A stretch of 63,292 nucleotides of DNA, counting the filler, from Choristocarpus tenellus KU-1152 (taxonomy: Eukaryota; Protista; Phaeophyceae): NCBI GenBank assembly GCA_964200185.2. It is 10 parts of 10 records of this genome, joined end to end, with 100 filler letters (N's around TTAATTAATTAA, not from the genome) between each part and the next. Parts side by side here need not be neighbours in the genome. Positions count along the whole stretch, not along the records: positions 1 to 14,255 come from CAXNAD020001244.1; 9 more parts are not named here. One strand, written 5' to 3'. The first letter of the stretch is position 1. Each line of letters opens with the position of its first letter. This document shows, piece after piece, positions 1-11,719 of this stretch. A program made the translations under genes and the position numbers. The notes under the pieces were generated by a model that did no database searches, was not told where the DNA came from, and was given only the letters and a program-made list of their open reading frames with translations.

Positions 1-341
1 TATAACGGCTTTTTTCCTCCCCCCAAAATGGCTTATAGTCCGTTCCTTTGGGCAATTTCGGCCTGGGGGGGGGGGGGATGGCTGGGGGGGGGGGGATAGC
101 ACCACGATGACAGCTGCGGGAAGCGCCTTGTCCAGCGTGGCAATGAACAAATTGGAAAGCATACGGAAGACATCAGGCGGGGCTCCAGCTGATGCAAGCG
201 GTTGTCTTTTGGCCCAGAAAAACAGGGCGCTGGACTTCCTAGAAGTACGCAAAATGAACCAAGTTCTATGTACCCTAGTCGTATGGTCTTGGCGAGAGAA
301 CCGTTCCATGAACTTGAACCGCAAAAGAAAAAAAGAAATAT

Positions 342-413
342 CTGAGAAGAAATAACTGAGAAGAGATAACTGAGAAGAGATAACTGAGAAGAGATAACTG
401 AGAAGAGATAACT
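342..413. repeat. 14-bp tandem repeat (CTGAGAAGAGATAA) x5
   Basis: Five consecutive units starting at 342, 356, 370, 384 and 398; the first has one substitution. Confidence 0.95.
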
Positions 414-787
414 AGATCAACCTACGCAATGCCTCCGTACTGATGCACAAGGCAAAGGTGGAGTTCTCGATTCCGTGTCCCTTTTGACAGCAGAACTGCA
501 ATGCGCAAGTATATCGGACCGTTCCTTCACCATTCCTTCGCCGCTCCTTCACAGACGGGTGTTAAGAGTTTGTTTTTTGCACCAACGACAAACCACCCCG
601 CACGTACACTTGCTTTTAAAGCACTATTTTTTTTTTAACAGAACAGACCGGACCGGACCTTCACAAAAAAAAAAATTACTTTACGAGGCGCATTGGGCAC
701 TAAATGACAAGTGCATGCATGCCTTGAAAGCACACACACACACACACACACACACTCTCTAATCGAATTCAACAAGGAGGAAGTCAA

Positions 788-847
788 GGTTAGGGTCAGG
801 GTTAAAAACAGTAACCCTAACCCTAACTCTAACTCTAACTCTAACCC
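788..847. repeat. Interstitial telomere-like repeats, (TTAGGG)n facing (CCCTAA)n
   Basis: ggttagggtcagggtta (788-804), a 7-nt spacer, then taaccctaaccctaactctaactctaactctaacc. Other short TTAGGG/CCCTAA runs lie near 1098, 39386, 43035 and 44457. Confidence 0.85.
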
Positions 848-1658
848 CGTCTGTCGCACCTTCAAAGTGGCCCCGGTCCATCAAGCACAGCTTCATTGCA
901 CGCAAAATTCAAATGCACCTCCAACAACCTCAGCGAAAACCAACGAGGGGACTGTCCAGAGCTCCACTTCACCCCCAAAGTAGTGCCTCAAATGGCGTTT
1001 CTACAACCTGCTGAAGGGGGCGGCCTATCTCGAGCCACTATCGCCACCACTTGTGCTGCCACTGACACCCTAGATAGTCTCCACAGAACCGTCGGAGGGT
1101 TAGGGTTAGGACCAATCTGACCAGCAATCTCCGCCATGGTGGCAGTCAATGATCTCCTCTAATTGCCACCGCCGGCACCTTAACGTGCCCCCAGAAAAGT
1201 CAACCTAGCATCCACACTCTGGCATACTGGCACACTGTGAAGGTCACCATGTGGTCTGAGAGCATACTGATGATAGCTTCTTGTCCATCTTACAAGTGTC
1301 GTTTTGTGCATTAGATGCTGCGACAACGCCTGCTCTGTAAACACCGAGTGTGTCCATGGTGGTATGTAGTAGAGACCACCACTGCGCTCAGATGCAAATG
1401 GTGTGAAAAGAAATTTACAAAAAAATGTATGAACATGTGTTCTGAGTGGCGGCGCAAATACTACAAAGACAATACCACTACATAGAGCCGTTCAACTAAA
1501 CACATTCCGCCTTCTCATAGAGAACAAACTCCTCTCCGCAGGAGAGGGAGGAAACTGGAGAACGTGCCACACAAAGAAGGGCGGAAATGTCGATGGGGAT
1601 GAAAGGGAACTCAGGTTTATCGCTTGAGTTGACTTGGAGTGGTGCTTGCAGCTTCAAG

Positions 1659-1698
<40 letters not shown>

Positions 1699-2149
1699 CT
1701 ACCTTGATGCAGGTATCCACAAACGCCTCACTATTGAAACCTGTACAAGCTCAACCCCACCACCACTGCTACCAATATCTCAGAGTATTGCAAGGCATTC
1801 ACTATCCTCATCACTGTAAACATACCACCTCCCTCGCCCCAACACCGGCATCACCCAAAGTATGTATTGTCAACTCACCTCTGTCAAACAAACAAACAAA
1901 AAGCTGCCCCCATCACCAATGCCAACAGACGCCACAGACACTAGTGTCCAATACCAAAGAATTGTCTCGTTGCCCTTCTAATAATACCAATCACACCACA
2001 CCACAACATCAATAACTGATAACCGATGAATAGAGAACAGCTGTTCATGGACACCACAAGATTCACATTCCAAAACACACAAGTCAAAGAACATCGCCGT
2101 TGCACATTGCAAATGCACATAATATTTTTTTTAATGGACAGCTACTCAC

Positions 2150-3844
2150 AGGTCTGCTTTTGGTAGGCAAGTGATCGACCGAACTTAGGTATCCTGATAG
2201 AGTGGTGTGACCCGTAGCCTGCATGGAACGCTAGTGTCCTATCATCCAGCAAGAAAGCCAGCTTTTCATAGCCTTCTGAGAGGCACACAAGGTCCACAGC
2301 ATCACAGTCTAAGTGTCGCTCGAACTTCATCGCCAGATCTGACACCTCAAACACTATGATCAAGCCAGGTGAGGCATCAAAGGTGTGAGGGTTAGGGAGG
2401 TGGGGGAGGGGAGGGGAGATGTTCATCCATGTGCAGATATGGATGAGTGTGGGATGGTAAGAGTGAGGTTTAGTTCCTACCGACTTGGGAGTATGTAGAA
2501 TCAGGAGAGCTGAAGTGTGGCATAATATTCATAACATCAAAACAAGTTCCTCGTCAAAACTGCTAAACAAGAATGACTAATTGGGGAACTTGAACTCTAA
2601 ACTAACTCAATAATGAGCATGGTATCAAAAGTAAGTTTCTGATTCATGTCAGGCACAGGGACACAATTACAGCCAGGAACCAAGTATTCTCGAGCCAAGG
2701 CGACATATATTAATAACAATAACGCACCCTTGATTTGAGGAGGATAAGTACCAGTCACAATGACAAATTGCCCATCAGGCGACGTCTGGATTCGTTGGGA
2801 AGCGGTGGGGAAGTCAAAATCCTGAAGGAGCTCGATACGTCGACGATAGTCTTCGTCCTTGGCTAATGAGCGTCGTTTCTTGTCCGATAGCCACTGGGGA
2901 AGGGTCTTGCCTGTCATTCGATGAAAGCAGGGTAAGATTGGAGGCATTCTGACGCAATTTTGTGTGTGCCAACACATGTGAAGCACAAAGAGTGGGGAAG
3001 GTAATAGCACGAAGGGAGAGGAGCATCAAATTTCGAGGCCAAGCGCATGAGAAGCACATGGCACAGGGGTAGTCTAAGAGCTCATTCTTCCACCCGTCTC
3101 CCTTACTGCGGTGTGGGGTTGATTTAGTTCAAGTTGCCTCTCTCCATACTGCGATGGGTCTTCCTGAAATGTGTTAAGAGTGGGACTGTCCAACGTGGGT
3201 GTGCGATGGTATGAGTAGTTCCAAACGTTTAAGTTGGGGGTATACTCTTGCACCAATTATTATATGGTAATCTTCATGACAAGTATTTTTGCTGGACAAA
3301 GCAGTTGGTGGCGTATGATGTATCTTCACTATGATTGTGTAACATAATAGGTATTGTCCGATCAAGAGTTTGCCAAAATCAATCTTTCAGGCTACACGAT
3401 ATACCTTCTAGATGCCTCATTATTGGACAATACGACCCAGTAGCCTTAACGACTGACTCCTTTCCGTTAGTGGACAATAACATGCAACTCAAGTTCGCTT
3501 TCTCGGATGTGTTGGCAACCATCAAATAACTGAATAACAAGATCTGCCAGATCTGAAGACTAGGGCATCATCAAGGGAAAGAGGCTCACAAAACTTGGCC
3601 AGTGCACCTGTAAGGCGATGGATCGCACCAACTCTCTACCGACGCAAAAGCATTACCCAATAAGCCTACCAACCAGTCATGATCACCTGCTAACTTAACC
3701 CAAGAAGGACTCTACACAAAAACGGCATGATCACTTCGCAGCACTTCTACAGGCCAACATTACGTTTCCACCTCTCACGCACTCACCAGACGACAAGTTG
3801 TAGATCTTGATACCGTGGAACGTAGACACCTGCATACGAGACAT
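2150..3844 (-). CDS. NOL10: Nucleolar protein 10 / Enp2 homolog (SSU processome WD40 protein), first three coding exons; the gene continues toward or beyond the window start
   Basis: GT-AG exons 3844-3787, 2910-2728 and 2353-2150 join in frame to give MSRMQVSTFHGIKIYNLSSGKTLPQWLSDKKRRSLAKDEDYRRRIELLQDFDFPTASQRIQTSPDGQFVIVTGTYPPQIKVFEVSDLAMKFERHLDCDAVD...LLDDRTLAFHAGYGSHHSIRIPKFGRSLAY. This matches the characteristic NOL10/Enp2 N-terminus (RRIEL.QDF..P, GTYPP, FERH, R.P..GR). Confidence 0.93.
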
Positions 3845-4205
3845 GGCCTTCGCCGAGCTTCACCCGAGAGTCGGGCTACTAAAGCAAGTGAAGTTAGAGC
3901 AATCAAAATTGGTCTCTCTGCCCTCGACCTCTGAGAGGAAGCAAGTGAACTCCTTTCAAAGCGACCCAACCGAGAGACCTCCCGATGTACTCCAGGTGCA
4001 GCTAATCAAGGGTCACGCGCCCTCCAACCTCCTTGATACGTAACCAAGTTGTGATAGGATTTGTGGGGCCATGATAGGGTTGTAGACATGACATGACCGC
4101 GCGCTCGAGTGTTTTCGATTGATGGTAAATTAGTGGATTGTTGTTATCAACTCAACTATCAACACCCACTCACAAAGAAAATTAGAAACCTACACCCCCT
4201 CAGTA
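3845..4205. promoter_or_regulatory. Putative bidirectional promoter / 5' UTR region between NOL10 and TFIIIA
   Basis: Only 361 bp separate two divergent start codons (3844 on -, 4206 on +) within one contig. No specific motif was identified. Confidence 0.6.
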
Positions 4206-7200
4206 ATGGCATGTCTCCTCTCTGGAATACCCTCGCAAGGGACGTCTAACGTCATGTCGAGGCCACCAAGGAAACGTCTCCGAGAGTACACTTCAATATA
4301 TCGCCTCGAGGATGGCTCAAGTGACGACTCCGACGAATGGGACGGTGAGGAGGATCAAGAGAAGAGTGACCCGGAGTATGATGAGGGAGAGTCGTTTGGA
4401 AGCAGCGTCGGACGAAGGACTAAGGAGCACAAGTGTACTCTCTGTGGAATGGTTTTCGCCAAGCTCTCAAAACTGGCTCGTCATGAACTCCACCACGCAG
4501 GAAAGAAGCCATATACGTGTACCGAACCCGGGTCAGTGATTCGGGATGTGGTCGACCCACGAGTGACGCATTTTCTCCCCACTTTCCAAAGTCTAGACGA
4601 AAAAGCACTCTTCAATAGAAAAGAGTTAGATTTCCTGTCCCCGACCAGAGGCACAGGTCTCCTTTTGCCTTGAGATGAGTTTGCAAGGTCGGGTGAGTGG
4701 GATGTTTGGTACTCTGCCGTCTTGCTCTCGTCATTCCACGATTCTTTTGATACCAGGCACCCACCATTCCCACCAATCACAAACTTGGCCGATGATGGAC
4801 TCCCTGTTCGAAGCTACAAGTGGCCAACTGCGACCTTGTCGCCCTTCGCCTCTCATTTCCATAACAGGTCCTCGATCCGTTTTTCCCCACACTCAGATGC
4901 AAAAGCGCCTTCGTACGTTTGGATGGTCTGAAACGCCACCAGTTGTCCCATCTTCCTCCGGATACAGGACACCTGTCATGCCCAGAATGTGGAAAGCGTT
5001 TCCATGAGGGCCATCACCTTAAACGACACTTAAGGATGCACAAGATGCCTAAGATATACGTGTGCGAACAGCCTGCAGTACAGAGTAATCTATTTCACAA
5101 CGAGGAGAAGATGCAAGATGGTGAACGTGGGACAGGAGCAGAAGTTGTAAATAAACCAGCACCAGGAGCAGGGGCTGTGGAAGTTACACAGGAACCCGTC
5201 AGGCGAGAGATCGGGCAAAATACAGGAACTCACCAAGAGTCCCAAGTGGTGCATGGAGCAAAATTGGGAGGGGGGTTAAAGCACAGCGTCGGTAACAGTT
5301 ATGAGTCCACCATTACCACAAGGGATCAGGGACCTGGAGGCGCTGGTGCTGGTGCTTTGGATACTCATACGGAGCCCTTTTTGGTGTGCGGGGCACGATT
5401 TGCTAAGAAGTCACAGTTGAACGCCCATCTTCAGAGTGACCATGGTGGGGCATGGTGAGAGGCTAATCCCTGTCTCTCTTTGATTGTTAGCTCCATTACT
5501 GAAGGTGTTGTCACTAGTTCATATGACCTTGCTCATTAGCATCCTACCTTCTTCCATCCCTGAATGTTTATTATAATATGAAAAGAGTACAGAACAGGCT
5601 GCACGAACACACATATTCCACGAAGAGTAGCCTAGTTATTCTTTTTGATCAGGCTCCAAATGTGGCGACCTGGCAGTCAGATATTAAGTTATTACGAGGG
5701 TTCTCCTGCAGCCTTCCTGATCAAAATTTGATTGTCTATTTCACAAGAATGTTGTAACATGAGCGGTTCAGCACCCAAAACTAGTGTTTTGTGGCCACAA
5801 CGATATTTATGTTTTTGTGTGTTGTTACAGTTTTGGCATGCTTTACATGAATGGATTATTTGTGGAGTATAGTGCAACACAGCATACCTCAGAATCTACT
5901 TTTGTCATCCGTACGGTGGCTGTATTCTGAATGTTCTCATTGCCTGTGGTACACCCAACAATGCCCCAAGCTGGCACCCTCGTCTTCCCGCTGGCATTGT
6001 GGATAAGTCAAGTACCACAATCTAAAATTCAAGTAGCCTTTGTATTCGCGGAAGTTTTCGTACTTGGACTCTAACTGGACCTTCCCTCTGCCCCATTTGT
6101 GGGGTTAGGGTGTATCAATATGATAGTACTGTTCTACAAGTGTTCTTTGTCCCTTTCAGGTAGTATTCCCACTACTGAAGATGTTTCATTCTTGGCGTGC
6201 TATCCTAACGTTATGTTTTGTGCTCGTTGCCCATTCATCAAAAATTAAAAATATTGTCATGCTTCTTTTGACGATCCCCACTACCCCCACTAAGCAGCAA
6301 TATCAACTCACTCTAGTGCTAATTTTGGAGGATGCGTTTTGTACATCTCCAATTGCTGTGAAAAGTTACACTCCTTATGTGTGCAGGGAAAAGGGGTGTG
6401 GAGGGAAGGTGTTTGCTTGCGCAAGCAAACTTGCCCGCCATACCCAAAGGCACCACAAGAAGAAGTTCCGATGTGAGGAGATTGGCTGCGAGGAGACATT
6501 TGTGAGGGCCTCAGATAGAGTCCTTCACAAGAGGGAGAAGCACCGTGGCAGTCACAGGTACACAAAATTTGTGCTAGTGTCCATTTTTTCTTGAGTGTAT
6601 TGGGGGAGAAAGGAGGTGGGGAGGGGTCTGTTTCTTCCATTTGGATGAGTCCCTGTCTTGGGATTTCACCTCTTCGTTGCTACAAGAATATATGTACATA
6701 CTCCCAAGTACAGGGACGGTGCCTACTTGGAGGGAATGGAGAGGGTTATACATTTAGATTTGCAGTTGGATTGGATCATACTAAGGCTGGCTGAATTTTT
6801 GTACTTCTCACACTCCATACCCCCTCATTGCTTGCTCACCTACCCACAAACACACACACATGCATATGTTCGTACGTTTCAAAAATCCAACCCTTGTGGC
6901 CTGTTCAGGTGCTCTGTTTGTGGAGCTCGTTTTGCCAGGAAAAGTACCCTACAAGAGCATGAAGCAACCCACCAACGGGCGGGAGATGGAGAGCCTGTTC
7001 GGTCCTTCTACTGTGGGATTGATGGCTGCCCGAAGGCCTTCACAGAGGAGAGAAACCTTAAAGCTCACAGGAGGGTGGTACATGAAGAGGTGGGTTTTGG
7101 GCATTGCTAAGATTTGCCTGTGGTTGGTGATGGAAGAATGAGATTCCAAGAACATAGGTAGTTATTGCTTCCGTCGCAGCTAACTCACTAGTACTATAGT

Positions 7201-7997
7201 TACAGGTCTTTTTTTGTCATAGATCCTCCTCCTCTTACCTGCCAGTTCCACATGAAAATCTGTGAGGTCAATCTTTTTCGCTATAATTTTGGAGGAAATG
7301 GTGATGGAGTGTGATAATGAAGAATCTGTTGTTCGTGTGATTGGATATATAGAGGCGGTGCTAAGACTCATGTGGAATAATTTGCGTTTGATGTGACTAA
7401 TACTGTGAGATACGGGGTGTGTGTGTGTGTGGTAGCTCCTTGTTTGTGCTTTTTCCAGTTCCAATGAATATACTCACAAGTCTTTATGTGTCAACGAGGT
7501 TGGGGTTGATATTTCCTGTCACCGCATCTTCACTCACTTTCGGCACCTTCAATGTCTTGGCTTGCGGTTGGATATAGGGAGGGCGATCCCGGTTTCCATG
7601 CCCTTGGAAAGACTGTACGTCGACCTATGCTTACAGGAACAGCCTGAAAGCACACATCCTAAAGTCCCATGAACAACAACAACTAAAGGGTCCTGCTACA
7701 AACCAGGCAAAAGAGCAAAAACCTCAGGGGGAACAGACAGCAAGAGTGGGTGGGGATGAAGTGGGTGGCTCTGTTCTTGATAGTAAGAAGCTAGAAGGAA
7801 CTATCAGCAGTGTGCTTGTGAAGGACTGGGTCAAGTCAGGGTCCCATCATCCAGCACCACCACACGAATTGACTTCAACGCAGAATAGTAATGGGACTCA
7901 GTGCAATCCCAATCCTGCCACGCTTGCAGAACCTGTTTCCCGGACTGCTGAATCCCCCTCTTCACCGATACCTTTGCCCGTGATGCGGTTAGGGTAG
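4206..7997 (+). CDS. TFIIIA: Nine-finger C2H2 zinc-finger protein, transcription factor IIIA (5S rRNA gene factor)-like
   Basis: Exons 4206-4531, 4897-5454, 6366-6557, 6909-7089 and 7578-7997 join in frame via GT-AG introns. They give nine fingers: CTLC..HELHH, CTEPGC..HQLSH, CPEC..HLRMH, YVC[107 aa]CGARFAKKSQLNAHLQSDH, CREKGC..HTQRH, CEEIGC..HKREKH, CSVC..HEATH, CGIDGC..NLKAHRRVVH, CPWKDC..HILKSH. Finger count, the finger-4 F.KK.QL..H motif and the finger-8 NL..H...VH motif fit TFIIIA. The start may instead be ATG 4254 (MSRPPRKRLR, NLS-like). Confidence 0.82.
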
Positions 7998-9918
7998 CAA
8001 TAGCCTTCTGCGAAGGGCTGTTGCTGTTGAATGAATAATTTGTTTCTTCTACTGTTGGGCATACTCTGGCTCCAAGAGGAGTAATATGGCAATATTTCCA
8101 TTGTATGTTTAAGAGTTGATACTTTAGTTTTCCATACAGCGATAGGTCAACTTTTTTGTTCTAATTAGAACAGCCCTATAACGACCTCCCTCTTGCCTCG
8201 TTCTGTTCATAGAGCCAGAATGGCCTAGTGGCTGCTATTGTTTTCCATTGTAGTTGCTTTGATTATGGTGATAGGCCACCAGATTGGTTGTATACTATGC
8301 TGCCGTGGAAGGGCATTTAGCAAGGAGGCTTTCCTGAGAATCTTTTAGATGAAGTTAGGGTGATACTGGAGAGTAAAGTGGAAGTAGGCCTGTATTGTGG
8401 TTCAAGTGAGGTCTTGAGTTTGAGAAGAAATGTTACGTCGAGTTGTCTATTTTTGTATCTTGTAAAGTCATAGTAGAGAGATGCTGGAATGTGTGATGGT
8501 TTGGAGGGCACTGCATGTCTTTCCGTTCCTGGTACTATACTGTATCATAGCATGAACACTGGAACAATAGAATGCGGCCATACATATAGGAATCTTTATT
8601 CCTCGGGGGACTAGAGCTATCTATGTATAGTTTGTTTGTTTTTTCCTTTGTATTATGAAACATAGGAGGAGCTGATGATCTTCTATCAATAGTTCCACCC
8701 CCAGACTGATAGTGTGTGCATTGTTGTGCTTGATTGAGTGGAAATAGCATGGAAAGGTTTGGGAGCTGGCACTGGCCAGGCACTACGAAGGAAATTTTTT
8801 TGTTTTTGTTTTGGGATTATGTATGTACATTTTTTTTTTAAGAGTGCATGCAAGAGATGACCGGCAATAAGGTTACAATCCCTGCTGGGGATACTTCCAA
8901 TGCACAATGCAACATTAGTACTGGAGCACACTTTTGTTAATTCCACTATGTTTTGATGGTTTTGAGCTATAGGTTCGTTCCTCAAGTATTGAACCTTGAA
9001 ATTCTCCATTTCAAAGTAGCTCCTATTGTCCATCATACTCTAGTGTATATTGCTACACTGAATAAGACACTGGCAGACATTTTGAGGTAGAAACACCATG
9101 CGAGGGAGTATAGACCTGATATCACCCCTTGTTTTTCTCTTTTTTTCCCTTTGCACATAGTGCACATGCTTGGGCTATGCTGTGTAAATCGAAATAATGC
9201 CATCTTGTCCTGTTCCTGGCAAGAGGTGCTGTCCGATGTCTAACGTCCTGAACATGCCAAAACAAGATGATTTACTACACAGTGGGTTGTGGTGCAATCC
9301 CTTTTGTACGTGACCAAAGTAGACAACACAAAACACTGGATGAAAGCATTGCCCATTATTGAAAATATCAAAGGTTGCCCTGTCCTTCTGAAGTTGGCGG
9401 TACAACAAGACAAAGGTCGTGAGGAACCCCAGTTGATGTTATCAATGGAAGGCGTGATATTGTCGCTGACGTGTTTGTATTGGTCTTGAGGGATGAGCAA
9501 GTTCATGTTGCAACCAATACATGTATGTGAGGTTGATGAGAGGGGGGGTAGAGAGTCAGAAGATACGCTGGAATACAGGGTTATGATGGCAGTGGAGGTG
9601 TCAGCTATAGTTGGCACCCTAGCTTGACATGGTACCAAATACTTGTTGAGTTTGAGGGAAAGGTTAAAGAAAAGTGGACTGCTGTGCGAACGGGTTGGGG
9701 TTTTAGAGGACTACTTGCCTGATTATTGATGATGTTGCTTCTGTCACTTTAGTTCAAGATCTCCTCCAGATATATTGTGTGTGTGTGTGTTACTTGCACT
9801 GTTTCTGTAATATACCATACAAGTATACACACTATAGAATGTGAAACACATCTTCATCACCACTACCAGATGCAAGATTCGACCCAAAATGTACCAAATC
9901 CCATCTCCACCCACAAGA

Positions 9919-10091
9919 GGCTCAAAGTATCTTAGGAGGGGTGGGGGCTGTGCTTTTGGGGCCCATTTTTCTCTGTCGCGATTTTTGGGTGAATTTGGTT
10001 GCATGTGTCTGATGGATAAAGTGTTGCACTTCTCCTGGACAGGGCCCAAATGGACGCCCTGGTATAGAACCCCCCCCAAATACTTTGAGCC
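9919..10091. mobile_element. MITE, G-tract family (~175 bp), complete, 4-bp TSD AAGA
   Basis: TIR ggctcaaagtat...atactttgagcc, flanked by aaga on both sides (9915-9918, 10092-10095). Homologous to copies at 29834, 47837, 49682, 52864 and 62513. Confidence 0.9.
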
Positions 10092-11719
10092 AAGAACAAG
10101 GCAGTAATCCAGGGTGGGCGTGTTGGGACCCACTTGTGTCTTATCATACAAGGCGAGTGTCCTTCATGAGCGCAGGGCAAAACTGATTTTTAGAATGAGG
10201 AGAGCAACAAAATTTCTTGGCAACCCCTCACCTGCCCCCCTGACAGTGACAGTGTGACAGCTTATCTTGTGACTTACTGTGGACCGCCTATCAAGGGTTA
10301 GAGAGGTCGCTTGGACTTATACCCCAGTGTTCCAAATACCACGGCTACTATTACCAGTAGTACTGCGTTGTACTGTTTTGTTTGTTCCGAAACCTTTGTA
10401 TAACATGTAATGCGAAGTATGTCATTATGATACGCTTAAGGCATAACTGAAGAACTTGAAAAACAACTTGGCAAGTCTAAATATTGATTTTGAGCTGTAC
10501 GTGAAAAGCAAAACGATTCAGTCAATTGAGTGAAGTGGGCACACCCTAATATTGCCACCCCCATCACTTTGGGGGTGTGAGGGAGTACATCACATTTACG
10601 CCTTCTAGTAGTTGGTTTATGTGCACAGCTTTGTATGATTGCACACACAACTGGACTAGCCTATGCAAGGCATGCAGTGCCTGAGCACTTACGTACGTTT
10701 GTGACTACTCTAAGCAAGTTTTGACTCTCCTGGGTGATGTAATACGTAGAAATTGATACTTGGAGTAGCAATACCAAGTGATTACGGTGCTGTAGCACCT
10801 GTCCTGGAAATACTACAAATCAGTCATATTCATCCAGACATCTATCCAAGACATCAAATATCCTCAAGAAAAGTTGATTTTTCTCTCATCTCACAACAAG
10901 ATTTATCATGTTGAGCCACAGGCTGCCATAGGTGTTTTCAGAAGAACAGTATCATCGACCACAATGATACTCCAAACACAGGATTCTTTTAGGCAGCATG
11001 GAATGTGTTGAGTTCTGCGAGACAGGACAGAAATTGAGCTTTATCATGCACACCGTAGTTTTGTCACTTGTGGCGAGTTTGTTGAGATGAGGCTTTATCT
11101 TACATAGTGATGTTCGCCTGTGCATGATCTGTTAGCATTTAAGGTGTGTCATAGCTCCCTCACTCAGTAACAATAATGATACTTGTCGCTGACTCTTTTT
11201 TGTTGTAGCCCCATGTTCTGTGTCGACCTTCGTTGTTTTCTGTGCCTCCAGTACTGCTAGTACTAGAAATACTATTATATCTACTACTAGTAGTATGTTT
11301 TGCCGCTGCTAAAACTAGTACTACTGTTACAATTAAGGTGAGGAAGACAAGAAATAGATAAGAGTGAGTGGTGTTGGAGGAACGAGAGAGGAGGTGTTGT
11401 CAGATCCAGAAGCATCATTCAATGTGAAAAAGAGGGATCATCGATCTCTGCTTTCTGCACTTCATCATCATCACCATCTCACAAGGCAAAGAATGAAGGA
11501 GTGTCTGCAGTAGTGGCTGGTTGTACCATTAGCAGTAACAGTATTGAGTGGCGGTAGTGCTGAGGGGGTGCACAAAGTCAAAGCACTTGCTGGTGACTAT
11601 GCCAATACCATGTGAGAACAAGAACAGGCACTCGCCACACAGATACAAGGACAACAACAAAAATGGGAAAAAAACAATATTTCTTCACCTAAATCTTCCT
11701 ACTACATCCTCATGCCATC

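Noticed and set aside
342-413. CRISPR-like array
   Set aside because: The units are contiguous with no spacers and the context is eukaryotic; it is a simple minisatellite. The same applies to 41160-41420.
1496-1750. Next NOL10 exon
   Set aside because: The AG...GT-bounded candidate (FNSEAFVDTCIK) does not resemble the expected CDL....EVYRLNLEQG continuation, so exon 4 was not located.
4680-4830. Literal 5S rRNA-derived sequence in TFIIIA intron 1 (gcaaggtcggg, cgaagcta, gtact)
   Set aside because: The matches are short, not collinear and within chance. Only the donor/stop/stem observation is retained.
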